64,000 nt of DNA from Schizochytrium sp. TIO01 (GCA_004764695.1 SMSO01000037.1:968747-1032746), one strand, 5' to 3'. Shown: positions 34,863-46,729, numbered from the stretch's first letter. Made by a program: numbers and translations. Notes: a model not told the origin generated them from the letters alone.

Positions 34863-37015
34863 GTACAAAATAAGTGAAAGATAGTATGGGTGAAAGAACA
34901 GAACGCGAGGGAAGGGCTTCCTCGAGGCGGATGAATGAAGAATCGAATGAATAATCGAATGAGATAATTGCGATGCAGATAGATCATGGAATTGTGATAC
35001 CCGCACGCTTAGTATGCACAGCGTTGATGATCGATGATCTGCGTGTACCTGAGTCAATGCCATAGAGAACTGAGCTGCCTCGAAACAAACCATCGTCGGT
35101 CGCGAGCTTTTGCCTGAGGACTTCAACTTTTCAGACTCTGGCACATCCACCCAAAGATCTGTATGACCTGATGAACTTGTGAGTGAGTGAGTGAGTGAGT
35201 GATACTGTCTTCGAGAGAATGAATGTTAGAGACAATGAGAGAGAGAGGGTACTATTATGAGCTGCTATGAGGCGCAGCGCTTAACCTCGAATCCGTCGCG
35301 TATGTCAGAAAAGAAGGAGGAGTTTGTTTACGAAGGTTGGTTGTCCCATCTCTACAGCTGTTCCAATGTTATGGCAAAGAGACTCAGTTTGGGCTTTTAG
35401 TTTAGTTTTGGTGCTATGATTCATTCATGTCAAAACTAAACTTAAAGACGTACGTAGGTACATTTCGTGCCATGTGATATTTTGATCAACTATTCTTTAT
35501 AAATTACATTTTTGTAGAGTAAAATATAACGTTGTTCTTTTGGGGAATCTGCTCCTGATGCCTACATTAGACTGTTTTCTTAAAGATAATAAAAAATAGT
35601 TTTTGGAGGGATGAAGAGTGAGTGCATTGTGGTCAAGGAAGGAGAAGGAAGTAATTAAATTTTAATTTTAATTTTAATTTTAATTTTTAATTTTTAATTT
35701 TTAAAAGACAGATGTCGAGAATGTGAAAGTGCGATCTTCAGGTCAGTGGTACATACCTACCTACTAGAATACTAGTAGTATATTTGCTGTTTATCGCTTT
35801 TGACACCTTCACAGAAGTTGCAAGAATGAGGAGCGCACGTTCCGAGGCATTTTGAAGGTCGGTTTCATAGCCTGTTGAGGCAGCGTCATCTCAAGATGCT
35901 TCGAGGCTTTGCTGACGCTTTCGAAGAATGGCAAACAGATCATTTCAGTTTCTACAATAAGAAGAAAAACTCAGAATCGTAATATTCTAAAGCTTGGACT
36001 CTGTTTACGATTACTAATCTGATCTAGTGAAAAAGAAAAAAGAAAAAAGTATATACATATAAATTGCAAACAGTAGTGTTCTCCTTTTTTCTTTTCTTTT
36101 TTTAGTTCTTTACTTTTTATATTTGAAATTGTAAGCATCTTTCGAAAGTAGATTGTCCTGTTGTGTCTCGATAAGTGGATAGTAGTAAGGAGCCGCTAAT
36201 CCTTTTGGAAGCCACAAAGCCGGGATAGCGATATTGTAGTATGTACTTAGACTTTACTGCGTGCGACGAAGAGAGAAGTCACTTTTTTTTTCTTTTTTTT
36301 CTTTTTTTAAATCAAGACTGATCACCAGAGAAGTACCTATTGATCTAGCTAAGCGGCGGTCTAGGCGAATACCTATAGTCCAGGCTTACTTAGTATTAAA
36401 GAACGAATTGATTTTCGTTTATCCGATTAATCATTTATTTACATTATAAAAGAAATGATCAATTTAAATTTTAAAAAAAAAAAAAAAAAGTTATATATTT
36501 ATCATTCGAAAGATGAATTCGCTCATTCTCTTTAAATGTTTCATTCCTCCGTTCAATTCCATCACTTCAATACCTGATCGATCAGCAGCAGCAACAGCAG
36601 CAGTCGTCGAGGCGGCGTGGCGAGGGCTACGGAAGCCTTGAGGAGGCGTTGGACGCCTCGAGCGGGCACAGCCAGCAGCCACTGGCACAGCACCGCGCAA
36701 TCAGCTCAGGCAAAAAGCGGCGCAGCTCAAGTCCGCGTCTGCGTTGTTCGATTCGAAGAAGAATAAGTAACAACAGACATACATACATTCGATACAGAAA
36801 CACAGTTATATACAAAGCTAGCTAGCTAAAGTAAACACGCTCACAAACCAGCACTTGCCTCACAAAAAGCCAAGGACGAGAGTTGGCGTGGAAGACACTC
36901 GCCCACAAGTTTGTAGGTTTTAGTCAATAGAACCAAATCGTAGGAGGCAGATTCTCTCTAACGAAGCGAGGATTGACTTGTCCTGTGGTTGTAGGAATTA
37001 ACCTCGGCGGGCAGA

Positions 37016-39997
37016 ATGGGCCACGGTCCTTCGCATGGACACGGCCTGCACGGCCTGAGCAAGCTCACGCATCACCATCATCACCATCACAGCAGCCGTG
37101 ATAACCACAACCATGGTGGAAATGGTAGCAACTCCACATCGACCCAAGATTTGCCAGCATCTCTCGCAAAGAAATTTTCTCATGCAGAGCTTGACATGCT
37201 GCGCAAGTGCTATAAAGACCTAGCTCAACGTTCGCCAGGAAAAAGTATTGACAAAGATACATTCAGCAAATTCTTCCCGCTGCCAGGTCTCCACGGCGAG
37301 AGACTTTTCTACGTGTTCGATCGGAAGCACACCGGCCACGTTGAATTTGCCGAGTTCGTGGCCGGTCTCGCATTGTGCCTTCGCGGATCTTTCGACGAGA
37401 AGGTTCGCGTGATCTTCCGAATTTATGACATTGACAACAACGACCACGTTAGCAAAGACGAACTCAAAACCATGCTTCTACAGGTGCCCCGTGAATCCCT
37501 CTACAAACTCAGCGCCAAGATTGTAGAAGAAGGCCTTCGTGAGCGTCTGCTTACGGACCGCCACATTGAACGCACCGACAGTTTGGCTCGCATCGCATCG
37601 CAGTCAGGGTCCTCAAATGATGTTGCTTCGGATGTGGTTAACCAGCTTGTGGACAGTGCATTTTCGACTTTCGACCTTAACAAAGACGCATACCTGAGCT
37701 CGGAACAGTTTAGCAGATGGGTCCGCTCGACACCTGAAGTACTTGATTTCCTCTCCACGGTCTTCCCGCTTGAAGAGGTCACAAAGGTGCAGATGAGTAT
37801 GAATCAGCACACAACCGACATTGACGACAGCGCCTCGGAACACTCAGACGACTCGCCGTCGTACCCTCGCAGGACTTCGAGTCCCTTTGCCAACATGCGG
37901 ACTCCATCACCTGGCCCGGGATCCCAACGATCTTCAAGTCAACGCGAGCTCAAGCAAGGTCGCCCTCGGCTCTCAATTTTTGGTATGCGCCACCACCATC
38001 ACCATTTCTCATCCACGCCTTCAGTTCCACGCTCTCAAAGCGCAATGTCCGAGGCTACCGATCCTGATGCTGGCTGTGATAGCTGGGAACAGACTACCAA
38101 AGAAGCAACAAAGCAGGTCAGTGGAGCAGAGCAGTCCGGAATGCTTTATAAAGTTGGACGCCGCATGAAGGGACTCCGGGTTCGCATGTTCATACTTCGC
38201 GGATCTGTGCTGTACTACTACTACCCGCACAAATACGACCAGCCCGCCGGCATCGTATTTCTGCAGGGGTGCTTCGTCGCTCCACGCGATAGCAATGTCA
38301 GATCTGCCCCGAGTTCCCCTCGGGGATCACGGAGAGCAAGCTCTCATCAGAATTTCGAGTCATCATCGAATGGCACGGACTCCACAGATGCTGCGGAAGC
38401 TGTGATTAAGCCGCGCAAAAAGCACAACAACCAACACCACAACACAGAAGATGCGCATCACAGCAAACACTGCACAGGCGAGCTTCAGAGAAAGCTTCGC
38501 TCGGAATTCTCTGAAACGAGCATTCAAATGAAACACACCACACCAGCCGATATGGAAATCTTCAGCCCTCCGGTGTCCGGGGCTGGCGCAAGGATGTTCC
38601 CATTCGAGATTATTACCAGCCAGGGTGGAGAACGCGACTCACGTTTGCTATATGCCAAGACGGCCGCTGAGCGTGACGCTTGGGTGGCTGCTATCAAAAA
38701 GGCCAGTAATGTTGTGCCATTCTCGGCACGGTATAACCAACTGGAACGTATTGGACGCGGTAAATTTGCGGTCGTGTACAAGTGCGAACGTATTGGTGTC
38801 AACGATGGCAAGCCCGAAGAAGAGAAGGAGTACTGCGCAGTGAAAATTATTGATAAAGCTTCTCTGAACGAAAAAGAAAAGGAACTCTTGCGCACAGAAA
38901 TCGCTGTTCTCAAGCTCGTAAACCACCCCAACATTATCAAGCTGCACGATACCTTCGAGTCGTTGAACCACATCTACCTGGTTATGGAGCTCGTCCAAGG
39001 AGGAGAGCTTTTTGACCGAATTGTGGGCCGCGCACGGCTGAAGGAACACGAGGTTTACCCGATTCTCTTCCAGCTTGCAGAAGCTGTGCGCTATCTTCAC
39101 ATGCTTGGCGTTGCACACCGCGACATTAAACCAGAAAACATTCTTTGCTCCGGCAACAAAGATGATCCCATCACTACCGCAACACTCAAGATCTGTGATT
39201 TTGGCCTCAGCAAGCTGGTGTCCCCACTCGGCGTCATGAAGCTTGCTTGTGGTACACTTTCTTATGTGGCTCCTGAAGTCCTCACTGCGCAGGGGTATGG
39301 CAAGGCTGCGGACATTTGGAATATTGGAGTGATCATCTACCTTGTTCGTCGCGGTCGTCTTCCTTTTGATGGCGAGTCCAAGGATGAGATTATCTACAAC
39401 ACAATCCATTTGGACCTCGACTTCGCCCGGGACCCAGTATTTTCCAAGTCTTCTCCTGACCACGTTGATCTTATTAAAGGACTTCTTCGCAAAAACCCGG
39501 AACACCGCCTCACTGCAGAGCAAGTACTGCGCCACCCGTGGATGCTCCGCATGAAGAAGGTTTGGGAAGAGGAGCTAGGACTTGTACCTCCTGTCTCGGA
39601 AGAATTCCAAGGTGCAGCTGAATACCATGCTGCCTCCACCTCTCGCCCTGCCCCCTTGGCACCCATTCCAACTAAATGCGAGACTGATTCTGAACCCAAG
39701 TCTGCCCCGGTATTGCGCACTGCGCCTATGGGAAAGACAGCTCCAATTGGGCAGGCTCTTGAACGCCATGAAGCTCGCCATCAAGATATTCTCAGAGTCA
39801 AGTTTGCTTCCGCGACTAAAGACCAATACCCTTACAATGATGGTGATACAGAAGACGGCGGAGATGATGAGGACGATGAGTTCTCCCTGATCTCCGATGC
39901 TATCGATGGCGTTGAGCAAAAACACTCATCTACGCCCTTGGTCTTGGACTCAGCTCAGGAGGCTGAGGTTTCCCAACAATTAGCAGCTAAACCGTGA
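37016..39997 (+). CDS. CDPK7-like kinase: EF-hand domain, split PH domain, CAMK-group kinase domain
   Basis: MG start with a His-rich leader. EF-hands FDRKHTGHVEFAEF, YDIDNNDHVSKDEL and FDLNKDAYLSSEQF. PH N-half SGMLYKVGRRMKGLRVRMFILRGSVLYYY..GIVFLQGCFV and C-half FEII..RLLYAKTAAERDAWVAAIKKAS. Kinase motifs GRGKF, AVK, GGELFD, HRDIKPEN, DFG, CGTLSYVAPE, RGRLPF. Same domain order as apicomplexan CDPK7. Confidence 0.85.
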   Translation: MGHGPSHGHGLHGLSKLTHHHHHHHSSRDNHNHGGNGSNSTSTQDLPASLAKKFSHAELDMLRKCYKDLAQRSPGKSIDKDTFSKFFPLPGLHGERLFYVFDRKHTGHVEFAEFVAGLALCLRGSFDEKVRVIFRIYDIDNNDHVSKDELKTMLLQVPRESLYKLSAKIVEEGLRERLLTDRHIERTDSLARIASQSGSSNDVASDVVNQLVDSAFSTFDLNKDAYLSSEQFSRWVRSTPEVLDFLSTVFPLEEVTKVQMSMNQHTTDIDDSASEHSDDSPSYPRRTSSPFANMRTPSPGPGSQRSSSQRELKQGRPRLSIFGMRHHHHHFSSTPSVPRSQSAMSEATDPDAGCDSWEQTTKEATKQVSGAEQSGMLYKVGRRMKGLRVRMFILRGSVLYYYYPHKYDQPAGIVFLQGCFVAPRDSNVRSAPSSPRGSRRASSHQNFESSSNGTDSTDAAEAVIKPRKKHNNQHHNTEDAHHSKHCTGELQRKLRSEFSETSIQMKHTTPADMEIFSPPVSGAGARMFPFEIITSQGGERDSRLLYAKTAAERDAWVAAIKKASNVVPFSARYNQLERIGRGKFAVVYKCERIGVNDGKPEEEKEYCAVKIIDKASLNEKEKELLRTEIAVLKLVNHPNIIKLHDTFESLNHIYLVMELVQGGELFDRIVGRARLKEHEVYPILFQLAEAVRYLHMLGVAHRDIKPENILCSGNKDDPITTATLKICDFGLSKLVSPLGVMKLACGTLSYVAPEVLTAQGYGKAADIWNIGVIIYLVRRGRLPFDGESKDEIIYNTIHLDLDFARDPVFSKSSPDHVDLIKGLLRKNPEHRLTAEQVLRHPWMLRMKKVWEEELGLVPPVSEEFQGAAEYHAASTSRPAPLAPIPTKCETDSEPKSAPVLRTAPMGKTAPIGQALERHEARHQDILRVKFASATKDQYPYNDGDTEDGGDDEDDEFSLISDAIDGVEQKHSSTPLVLDSAQEAEVSQQLAAKP

Positions 39998-40699
39998 GCT
40001 TGCGTGCCCTCGCTCTTCTTCTATAACGCCCATTTCTGCCCCCCCCCCCCCCTATCCCCGCCAGCCGCTTATGCGTCTGTTGTGAGCTAGCTGGCTTGAC
40101 AAAACATTACAACCTGTGTTCTGATTTAAAGACTGTTATGTGCCTGAAGATGACAACAATAGAAATGCATCAACAACTTCAACAAACATCAACAAACAAA
40201 CAATGATTTTATTTTTCCGTGTATCCTTATACAGACGGGCCAGCGAGAAGATGACAAACAATGACACAAAATTTGAATTATATAGCAGAGCAAGACTGTC
40301 TCACCTGCTGCCTGACGGCAAATATCCACCCTTTCACGTCTAATCCGCTCAAAAGTTATCCTACAGTAGTACCCTTTAATGCATTGTCTCTTCTTAATTT
40401 TGTTCTCTTCTCCGTTTTACTTAACCCACTTTACAATTTTTATAAATAATATATATATGAACTATAACTTTTTCCGCAAATCTGTTTCAGCAACTATTGA
40501 CTTATGGACTTAATCTTTCTACTTAAAGTGTTGTACTAGCTTTTGCTTGTTGTTTTTGCCAAGTAGTCAGTCATGTGCTATGTAGCAGAAACCTTTTCCC
40601 ACTTTAGATCAACTTATTTCTTGATCAGCCACATTATCGCTCTGTAGCTTGAAACATCTTTACAGTTTGCAAAAAGGTTAAAACAAATATAAACTGCTA

Positions 40700-42233
40700 T
40701 TACCTTTTGTTTTTGGATTCCCAAATGCGGTCAAACCTTGAAAAGTATCCATTCAATTTCACGTCCTCGTCTTCACTTGATATTAACTTTCGTGATATCA
40801 TTTTCCTACGAATTCCGGAAATAGTCCTCTTCAACGTGAGAAGCGTGTCGTCATGGATATTATCGAATTCTTCGCATAGCTCAAGGGCAGTATTAATGGA
40901 ATCATATGCTTCGGTGATCCTACCCAAATCAAAGCAGATCATCGCAATGGAGCTCCAAATTGGAATCAAACGTTTTGCCCTCTGCATCGAGGTAACAAGT
41001 GGCAACAAAACTTCCAAGGCTAGATCGAGCTGCCCATCTACATAAAGAGCTTCTGCAAGTCGGCAACGCAGTAGCTGGAAACGATACTAAGTCAGGCTTA
41101 GGATGTGCTGACATTATCTTGTACGCATCCATAAGTGAAGCTAGTCCACTTGAGAACCTGCCATGATCGACATCGAGAGATCCTAGAAGGCGTAATAAAT
41201 TTGCAGTATACAAAGATTCACCAAACTCTTCACTGCCCATACCACTATGGAAAAGCTTTTTGGACTTTGTATAAGATTTACGAGCGCCCTCCCAATCGCG
41301 CTGCTTTTCCAAAAGAATGCCTTGAAGTTCATAGCAGAATGCCAGCTTAAATTTGACGTCTTTGTTGGATTTACCGAGGCTTTTCATCAGATCCATCGCA
41401 CGCTCAAGCATAACATTAGAGCCATCATACTCGCCATTTTGTTGCATCATAGCAGCAACATTGTATGATATCGTAGCTTCGTCGAGAGTCAATCGCGGGT
41501 CACCATTATTCATACGTTTAATTTGATTCAGAATAATCATGTGCATGTTTAAATACTCTTCCCAATTGTTCGTTTCTTTTAAAACAAGGCACAATTGCTT
41601 TCTGGCCTTTAAAAGTGCTTCACTATTTTCCCCATAGCATTTCTCTATCGCTGCCGCAGCAGAGCGTAGCCTTTCCTCAGCCTGATCAAACTCTCTTCTC
41701 TCCATATGTGCCAGCCCAAGACTTTGTATGGTAGCTGCCCAGAACGGGTTTTCCTGGTCTTTAGCTTCCTTAATATCACAAATTGCATACGCCTTTTCAA
41801 AGACAGCCATGGCTTCATCTACATGTCCCTCCAGGAGAAGCAATCTGCCATAACGATTGTGAAGAGCTGTGATCTCAAGACACCCAGATAGGCTCTCTTC
41901 ATCTTCGATACTCAGCTTTAGCAACCTTTTCGCATCCTCCAAGCTTCCACCTTCTTTCAGCTGCTCAGCTTGAGAGATGCAGCGCTTTACCCTGGTGCTG
42001 ACAGCTTCGCATGTGCTCTTGTCAGAAGGTTTTTCGGGTGATACTGCATGAAACGCTCTCAAGCCCGTTCTTGTGTGAATCATGCTGCAGGAAAATCGCC
42101 CAAGGTCGCCGCTGATTCCCTGGGCGCAGGGTCTATGCACATATAAAGTCCTTTGGTGAGCAGCGGGTGCCAATGAGGTCACTCTCAGGGTCCAAGGTCC
42201 GAGAGCCCTCGCCATCTTCTCGCTCAAACCCAT
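40700..42233 (-). CDS. Tetratricopeptide-repeat protein, paralogue A, with a +1 frameshift at ~41080 (pseudogene or sequence error)
   Basis: Colinear with the 42774-44285 gene (EITALHNRYGRLLLLEG; NPFWA.T.QS.GL; ANLLRLLGSL). After LVSF the homology moves to the +1 frame (QLLRCRLAEALYVDGQLDLALEVLL vs TLLLNRLGGALYLDGQCEAALEVLL) and runs into ORF 40700-41017. Confidence 0.8.
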
Positions 42234-42773
42234 CTTTCTCAACTTCGTTGCTGGGCGAAAGAAACACCGGTTGGATTACTGTGCAACTATGATTGGAAAA
42301 TTGCCTAGCAAAGCGCGTGCGTCGAATGAACGCCTCGAAACCTTTGCACAAATAATTGTGCGCACGACTGCGTTGCGTGTTTAGCATGAAACACATCTTG
42401 TTTTTTGATCTTTCGATACAAACTCCTCGTTTTTCTGAAATTGTTTTTGTAAAATAAAAATATTATTTTTGTAAAATAAAGAAAAGCGGAATAGATTCTT
42501 TTGTGTTTTTATTTTTTAATTGAAGAGCTCTCTATCTTTCGGTTGTACCCACAGGCAAGCAAGATATATTCCTGGCGGCAGAGGGTGCAAACACTAAGAA
42601 ACTGAGAATATCAAATACCAACAATTTATCAGGATGCATTTTGAATTAACATCATAACACAAGGTGCCGTGAAGTATCCATTTAATTTTTTAGTCTTCGA
42701 TTACATTACACTAGAACACACTTCATAGCGCCTGCGAAGATACCAAGAATGCCTTGCAGTTATCTATCTTGAC

Positions 42774-44285
42774 TCACAATTGCTTTTGCAAACGCTCAAG
42801 TCTGCCAAGGAGTTCGTCAGCTTTGGCCTCGAAATCAGGGCCAAAGGAACCAGCAGCAACCATAAGGGACTCACTCACAGCCTCGATAATTGGCTTTGGC
42901 ATGTTAGCGGACTCTTCACACATTTCGACAGCAGATTCCAGGGTTTCACCGACATTCTTTGCATCCTTTTGGTCAATGTATATGTTAGCTATCGAAACAA
43001 GAACAGGTGTAAGCGGCTCGGGCCTATCCAACATTGCCACGGCACTCAGCAATACCTCCAATGCTGCTTCACATTGTCCATCCAAGTAAAGAGCGCCACC
43101 AAGACGATTTAGCAACAGTGTGAATGCCACTGGATCAGGACTGACGTGAGCTGCCATCATCTCATGACCCTGTGTCAGCAGAGTCAGGGCCAGCGGAAGG
43201 TTGCCTCGATCAATCTCGAGTGAGCCCAATAGACGCAATAAGTTTGCCACGTGCAAAGACTTGCTAAACTCAGCTGCACCCATAGAAGTCAGAAACATCT
43301 CCATAGCTGTCTTGTAAGACTTGTGGGCAGCATCATAGTTACCTGACTCTTCGTGAATAAGGCCTTGTAGCTCATAGTTGAATGCCAAGTTAAGCTGCAC
43401 AGTTTCGCTCATCTGGTCAAGGGATTCGAGCCGGTCAATGGCACGTTCTACCATGACATTGGCAGCCTCGAATTCTCGTTTCTGGTACATCAAATTTGCA
43501 ATGTTATACGAAGCAACTGCCTCGTCGTATGTGAGCAGAGGCTCAGAGTCGCTCATATGCTTTAGCTGGTCAAGCAAAACCAGCTGCATCTCCAGAGATT
43601 TGTCCACGTCTTGTTGGGCTTTGAAGACCTTGCAGAGCTGCGTGCGAACCTTGAGCAGTGGCTGGCTATTGTCTCCATAGCAGATCTGGATGGCCTGAGC
43701 TGCAGAGCGGAGCATAACCTCTGCGCGGTCATAGTCTTCCATTGCGAGGAAGCCAAGCCCAATACTCTGCAGTGTCGTGGCCCAGAAGGGGTTATCGTTT
43801 CGCGTGGCCTTTTGGTCCTCGCAGATTGTGTATGCTTTGTTGAAAGCTGCCATTGCATTTGCTGTATCTCCCTCCAAAAGCAACAGACGACCATAACGAT
43901 TGTGCAGCGCTGTAATCTCCACGCAGTCTGAGGCCTGAGCCTCTTCGTCAGCAATGGAATTCTTTAGCGACTCTTTCGCACCCTGCAAGTCGCCTCCTCC
44001 TCTCAGCTCCTCTGCACGTGCAAGACTGTTTTCTACACGTGCAACTGTTGCAGATCGATTTCCAGGCGTGCGAAACGCGCGAAGGCCTGTGCCAAGATGA
44101 ATATGAGGACGCTCAGATCGTCTCCAGGTATTGACAAAGTTTGCAATCTCCTGGCACTTTGTCCGTAGGCACCGCTGCTGCAGGTTAGATCCCGACAAGC
44201 TCAAGACCCCGTGTGCTTCAACCGTTGGTCTCGCCGTTGCCCAGATCGCTCTGACAGAACGTCTTGCCAGCATCGAGGTTGCCAT
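42774..44285 (-). CDS. Tetratricopeptide-repeat protein, paralogue B, probable mitochondrial presequence
   Basis: Repeated ~40-aa helical TPR-like units (LG/IA...G/E-Y..A). N-terminus MATSMLARRSVRAIWATARP is Arg/Ser/Ala-rich. First ATG is at 44285. Confidence 0.82.
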   Translation of the reverse strand: MATSMLARRSVRAIWATARPTVEAHGVLSLSGSNLQQRCLRTKCQEIANFVNTWRRSERPHIHLGTGLRAFRTPGNRSATVARVENSLARAEELRGGGDLQGAKESLKNSIADEEAQASDCVEITALHNRYGRLLLLEGDTANAMAAFNKAYTICEDQKATRNDNPFWATTLQSIGLGFLAMEDYDRAEVMLRSAAQAIQICYGDNSQPLLKVRTQLCKVFKAQQDVDKSLEMQLVLLDQLKHMSDSEPLLTYDEAVASYNIANLMYQKREFEAANVMVERAIDRLESLDQMSETVQLNLAFNYELQGLIHEESGNYDAAHKSYKTAMEMFLTSMGAAEFSKSLHVANLLRLLGSLEIDRGNLPLALTLLTQGHEMMAAHVSPDPVAFTLLLNRLGGALYLDGQCEAALEVLLSAVAMLDRPEPLTPVLVSIANIYIDQKDAKNVGETLESAVEMCEESANMPKPIIEAVSESLMVAAGSFGPDFEAKADELLGRLERLQKQL

Positions 44286-46115
44286 CCTGATTTCCCAAGA
44301 CCAACAACAAAGACAACGCTGTTTAAACGATATAGCAAGCAAAAGCAACAACAAGATGCAACGTCTGCTGAAGGCGAGGCTGCACAACCCTAGGCCTCTA
44401 CCACGTAAAAGTATTAAACGTCAGGTCGGAAATGTTGAAGCAAACGTGGAGTAAGGGCTGGTGCAACTCAAGTGCCACGCCGTGTTCCGAGTTTGGAGTT
44501 ACTTGGCTTTGGATGTTTTTTTAATAAGTTGCGTCCTCAAACTTTTTTCCAAAATTTATTATTATCATTATTATTACTATTATTACTATAAATGCATAGG
44601 CCTATATTTTAAAATTTTATTTTAAAAAATAATATATATATATATATATATAATGAGATAAAAAATCTTAGAATAATCACACAAAAACCTAACTCTAGAA
44701 TAATATGAGTTTTTCACTTATTCTTTTTTTGAAGAAATGCAAAGAAGAGAAAATATACAATTGCTGTCCCTTTTGATACGAATTATCGTCGACATCCAGT
44801 GTGTATTTGCAAACAAAGTCTGCAGTTTACTTCAAGATGAATGAGTTGAAAGAGGTATCATGTTGTGAGGATTTAATAAAAATGCTTGAAGAATTTGATT
44901 AGTTCGATTTCTTGCGCAATTATGAAGATGATGAATTGGGCAAACGAGGCAATTAATTTCCTAAATGGAATGAATGTTAGATGAAACCAGATTTCTTGCG
45001 TGGGATGTACTAGTTTTTATCATTCGAAGAGAATGTGATAAATATGCAGGTATAAACTCTTTGATGCCGACACCTGGTACCTGGAAGTATCGAGTATACT
45101 ATTTGATTGGAAAGGAATTGTTGCAAGTACGTGGTTTTAAATATAAAAGTTTGGTGAGCAATGACGATCGCTTGCCATTTATTGGAATGCGTTTGTTAGG
45201 GCATATCCTGAAATATGTGACATGGGTTGTGATTTTCCTAGAGAGAGATAAGTACGGAAACAGAACTCCACGATCCTCCTACTATCGTCGCTTTTATCGC
45301 AAATCATCTCAATCTGCAGATACAGAACATTTTTTTGCTCCGGATGATGTTCTTCCCATGACTCTGAAAGACCGTATTTCTTGCTAACCGCCGCCGATTT
45401 TTGATACTAACTTTGAGCATGCATGTGGAATATCCTCTCACAAGTGGTCTCTTCGAATCAGGAGAAAGATTTCTTCGTAGATCAATATATTGGTGAAGAT
45501 TTTTCTTTTCTTATCTTTACTGTTCTTTTCTAAATTAACCTTTAATCTTTAATTTTATTAAATAAAACTTATTTAATTATATTAAAAAAAAAAAAAAGAA
45601 AAAAAAAAAAGGATGTAGGTATGGACATTCCTAAGTATATATTACCTCTTCTCACAAAACGAAACCAGGATAGGAAAGTAGGAAAGTATTGGAAACGCAT
45701 AGATTTGGGCCGTCTGGTTTCTGACCCTCGCTTCACCAGGAAGGAAGCGAAGCCTCAAGCATGCAGCAGCGCAAGCACATCTGTCTGGAAGGTCCACGGG
45801 AAAACCTTCTCAGGCACCTGCCCGGAACTCTAGAGAACGCTTCAGTTCGAATCGCTGTAAAGTCGAGCTCCTGACAAGCTTGCTTTCGAGTCCCTGTCTG
45901 AAGGCACTCTGGGCCGCAGCGGACCTTGCCATACGTGAAGATGCGTTGCACGAAGGCGTGCTAAATAGCAACAACATTGACGGAAGGAGCGCCAGGGAAA
46001 GCAATGCTCGCCGATGATGACTGACAAGGACCAAGTTCGAGGTTGGGATTTCAGAGCTGGAGTGGTTTGCAACGTGCCCACACAAAAGTTGTGCAGAAAT
46101 GAACCGGGGCACACA

Positions 46116-46277
46116 AATGCAATGATTGCAATAGATGCAATAAATGCAATAAATGCAATAAATGCAATAAATGCAATAAATGCAATAAAAGCAACAAAAG
46201 CAATAAATGCAATAAATGCAATGAATGCAATAAATGCAATGAATGCAATGAATGCAATAAATGCAATGAATGCAATG
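46116..46277 (+). repeat. 9-bp minisatellite, consensus AATGCAAT(A/G), 18 units
   Basis: Directly visible; translates as (NAI/NAM)n on + and (IAF)n or (CIH/CIY)n on -. Confidence 0.93.
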
Positions 46278-46729
46278 TAATTCAATGCGCTCAGAACAAA
46301 TGGTGTGAATACGAGGCAACAATGCTTCAGGTGAACTGTGGCCTAAGCTTATTCGCTGGCTTTGCAAATTCGAGTTGGGTGGGAGAAATCGATTAGGACC
46401 AGTTTCGAGTATTAATTAGCTCACTTGCTCTGGTTGTTATTTCAGACAAGAATAATCTCAAGATCGGAGAGTTGCAGACCTGCGCTTCAATCAAAGTATT
46501 TCTCGCGGTTGTCCTCTTTTAGGCTGAGCTCTAATCATATTATTCATGCAAAGCACTTTCGTGGCTGTCTTCTTTGGCATAGCTCTGATCATCAGAAACC
46601 CAGAAAAGAACAAGAAATGCAGAAATTGCTAGCTAGAGTTATGAAGGAATAGAAAAAACTATAGTAGGAAAAATAAATAAAGGAAATAAATATATTAACA
46701 GCTAGGTAGTACGGGGCTACCTTGGAGCT

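Noticed and set aside
38524-39925. Long antisense ORFs over the kinase (similarly over KPR3 at 20488-21195)
   Set aside because: Shadow frames of real genes with no independent protein features.
45835-45865. GTTCGAATC as a tRNA T-loop
   Set aside because: The flanks do not form a T-stem, and no cloverleaf or A-box is evident.
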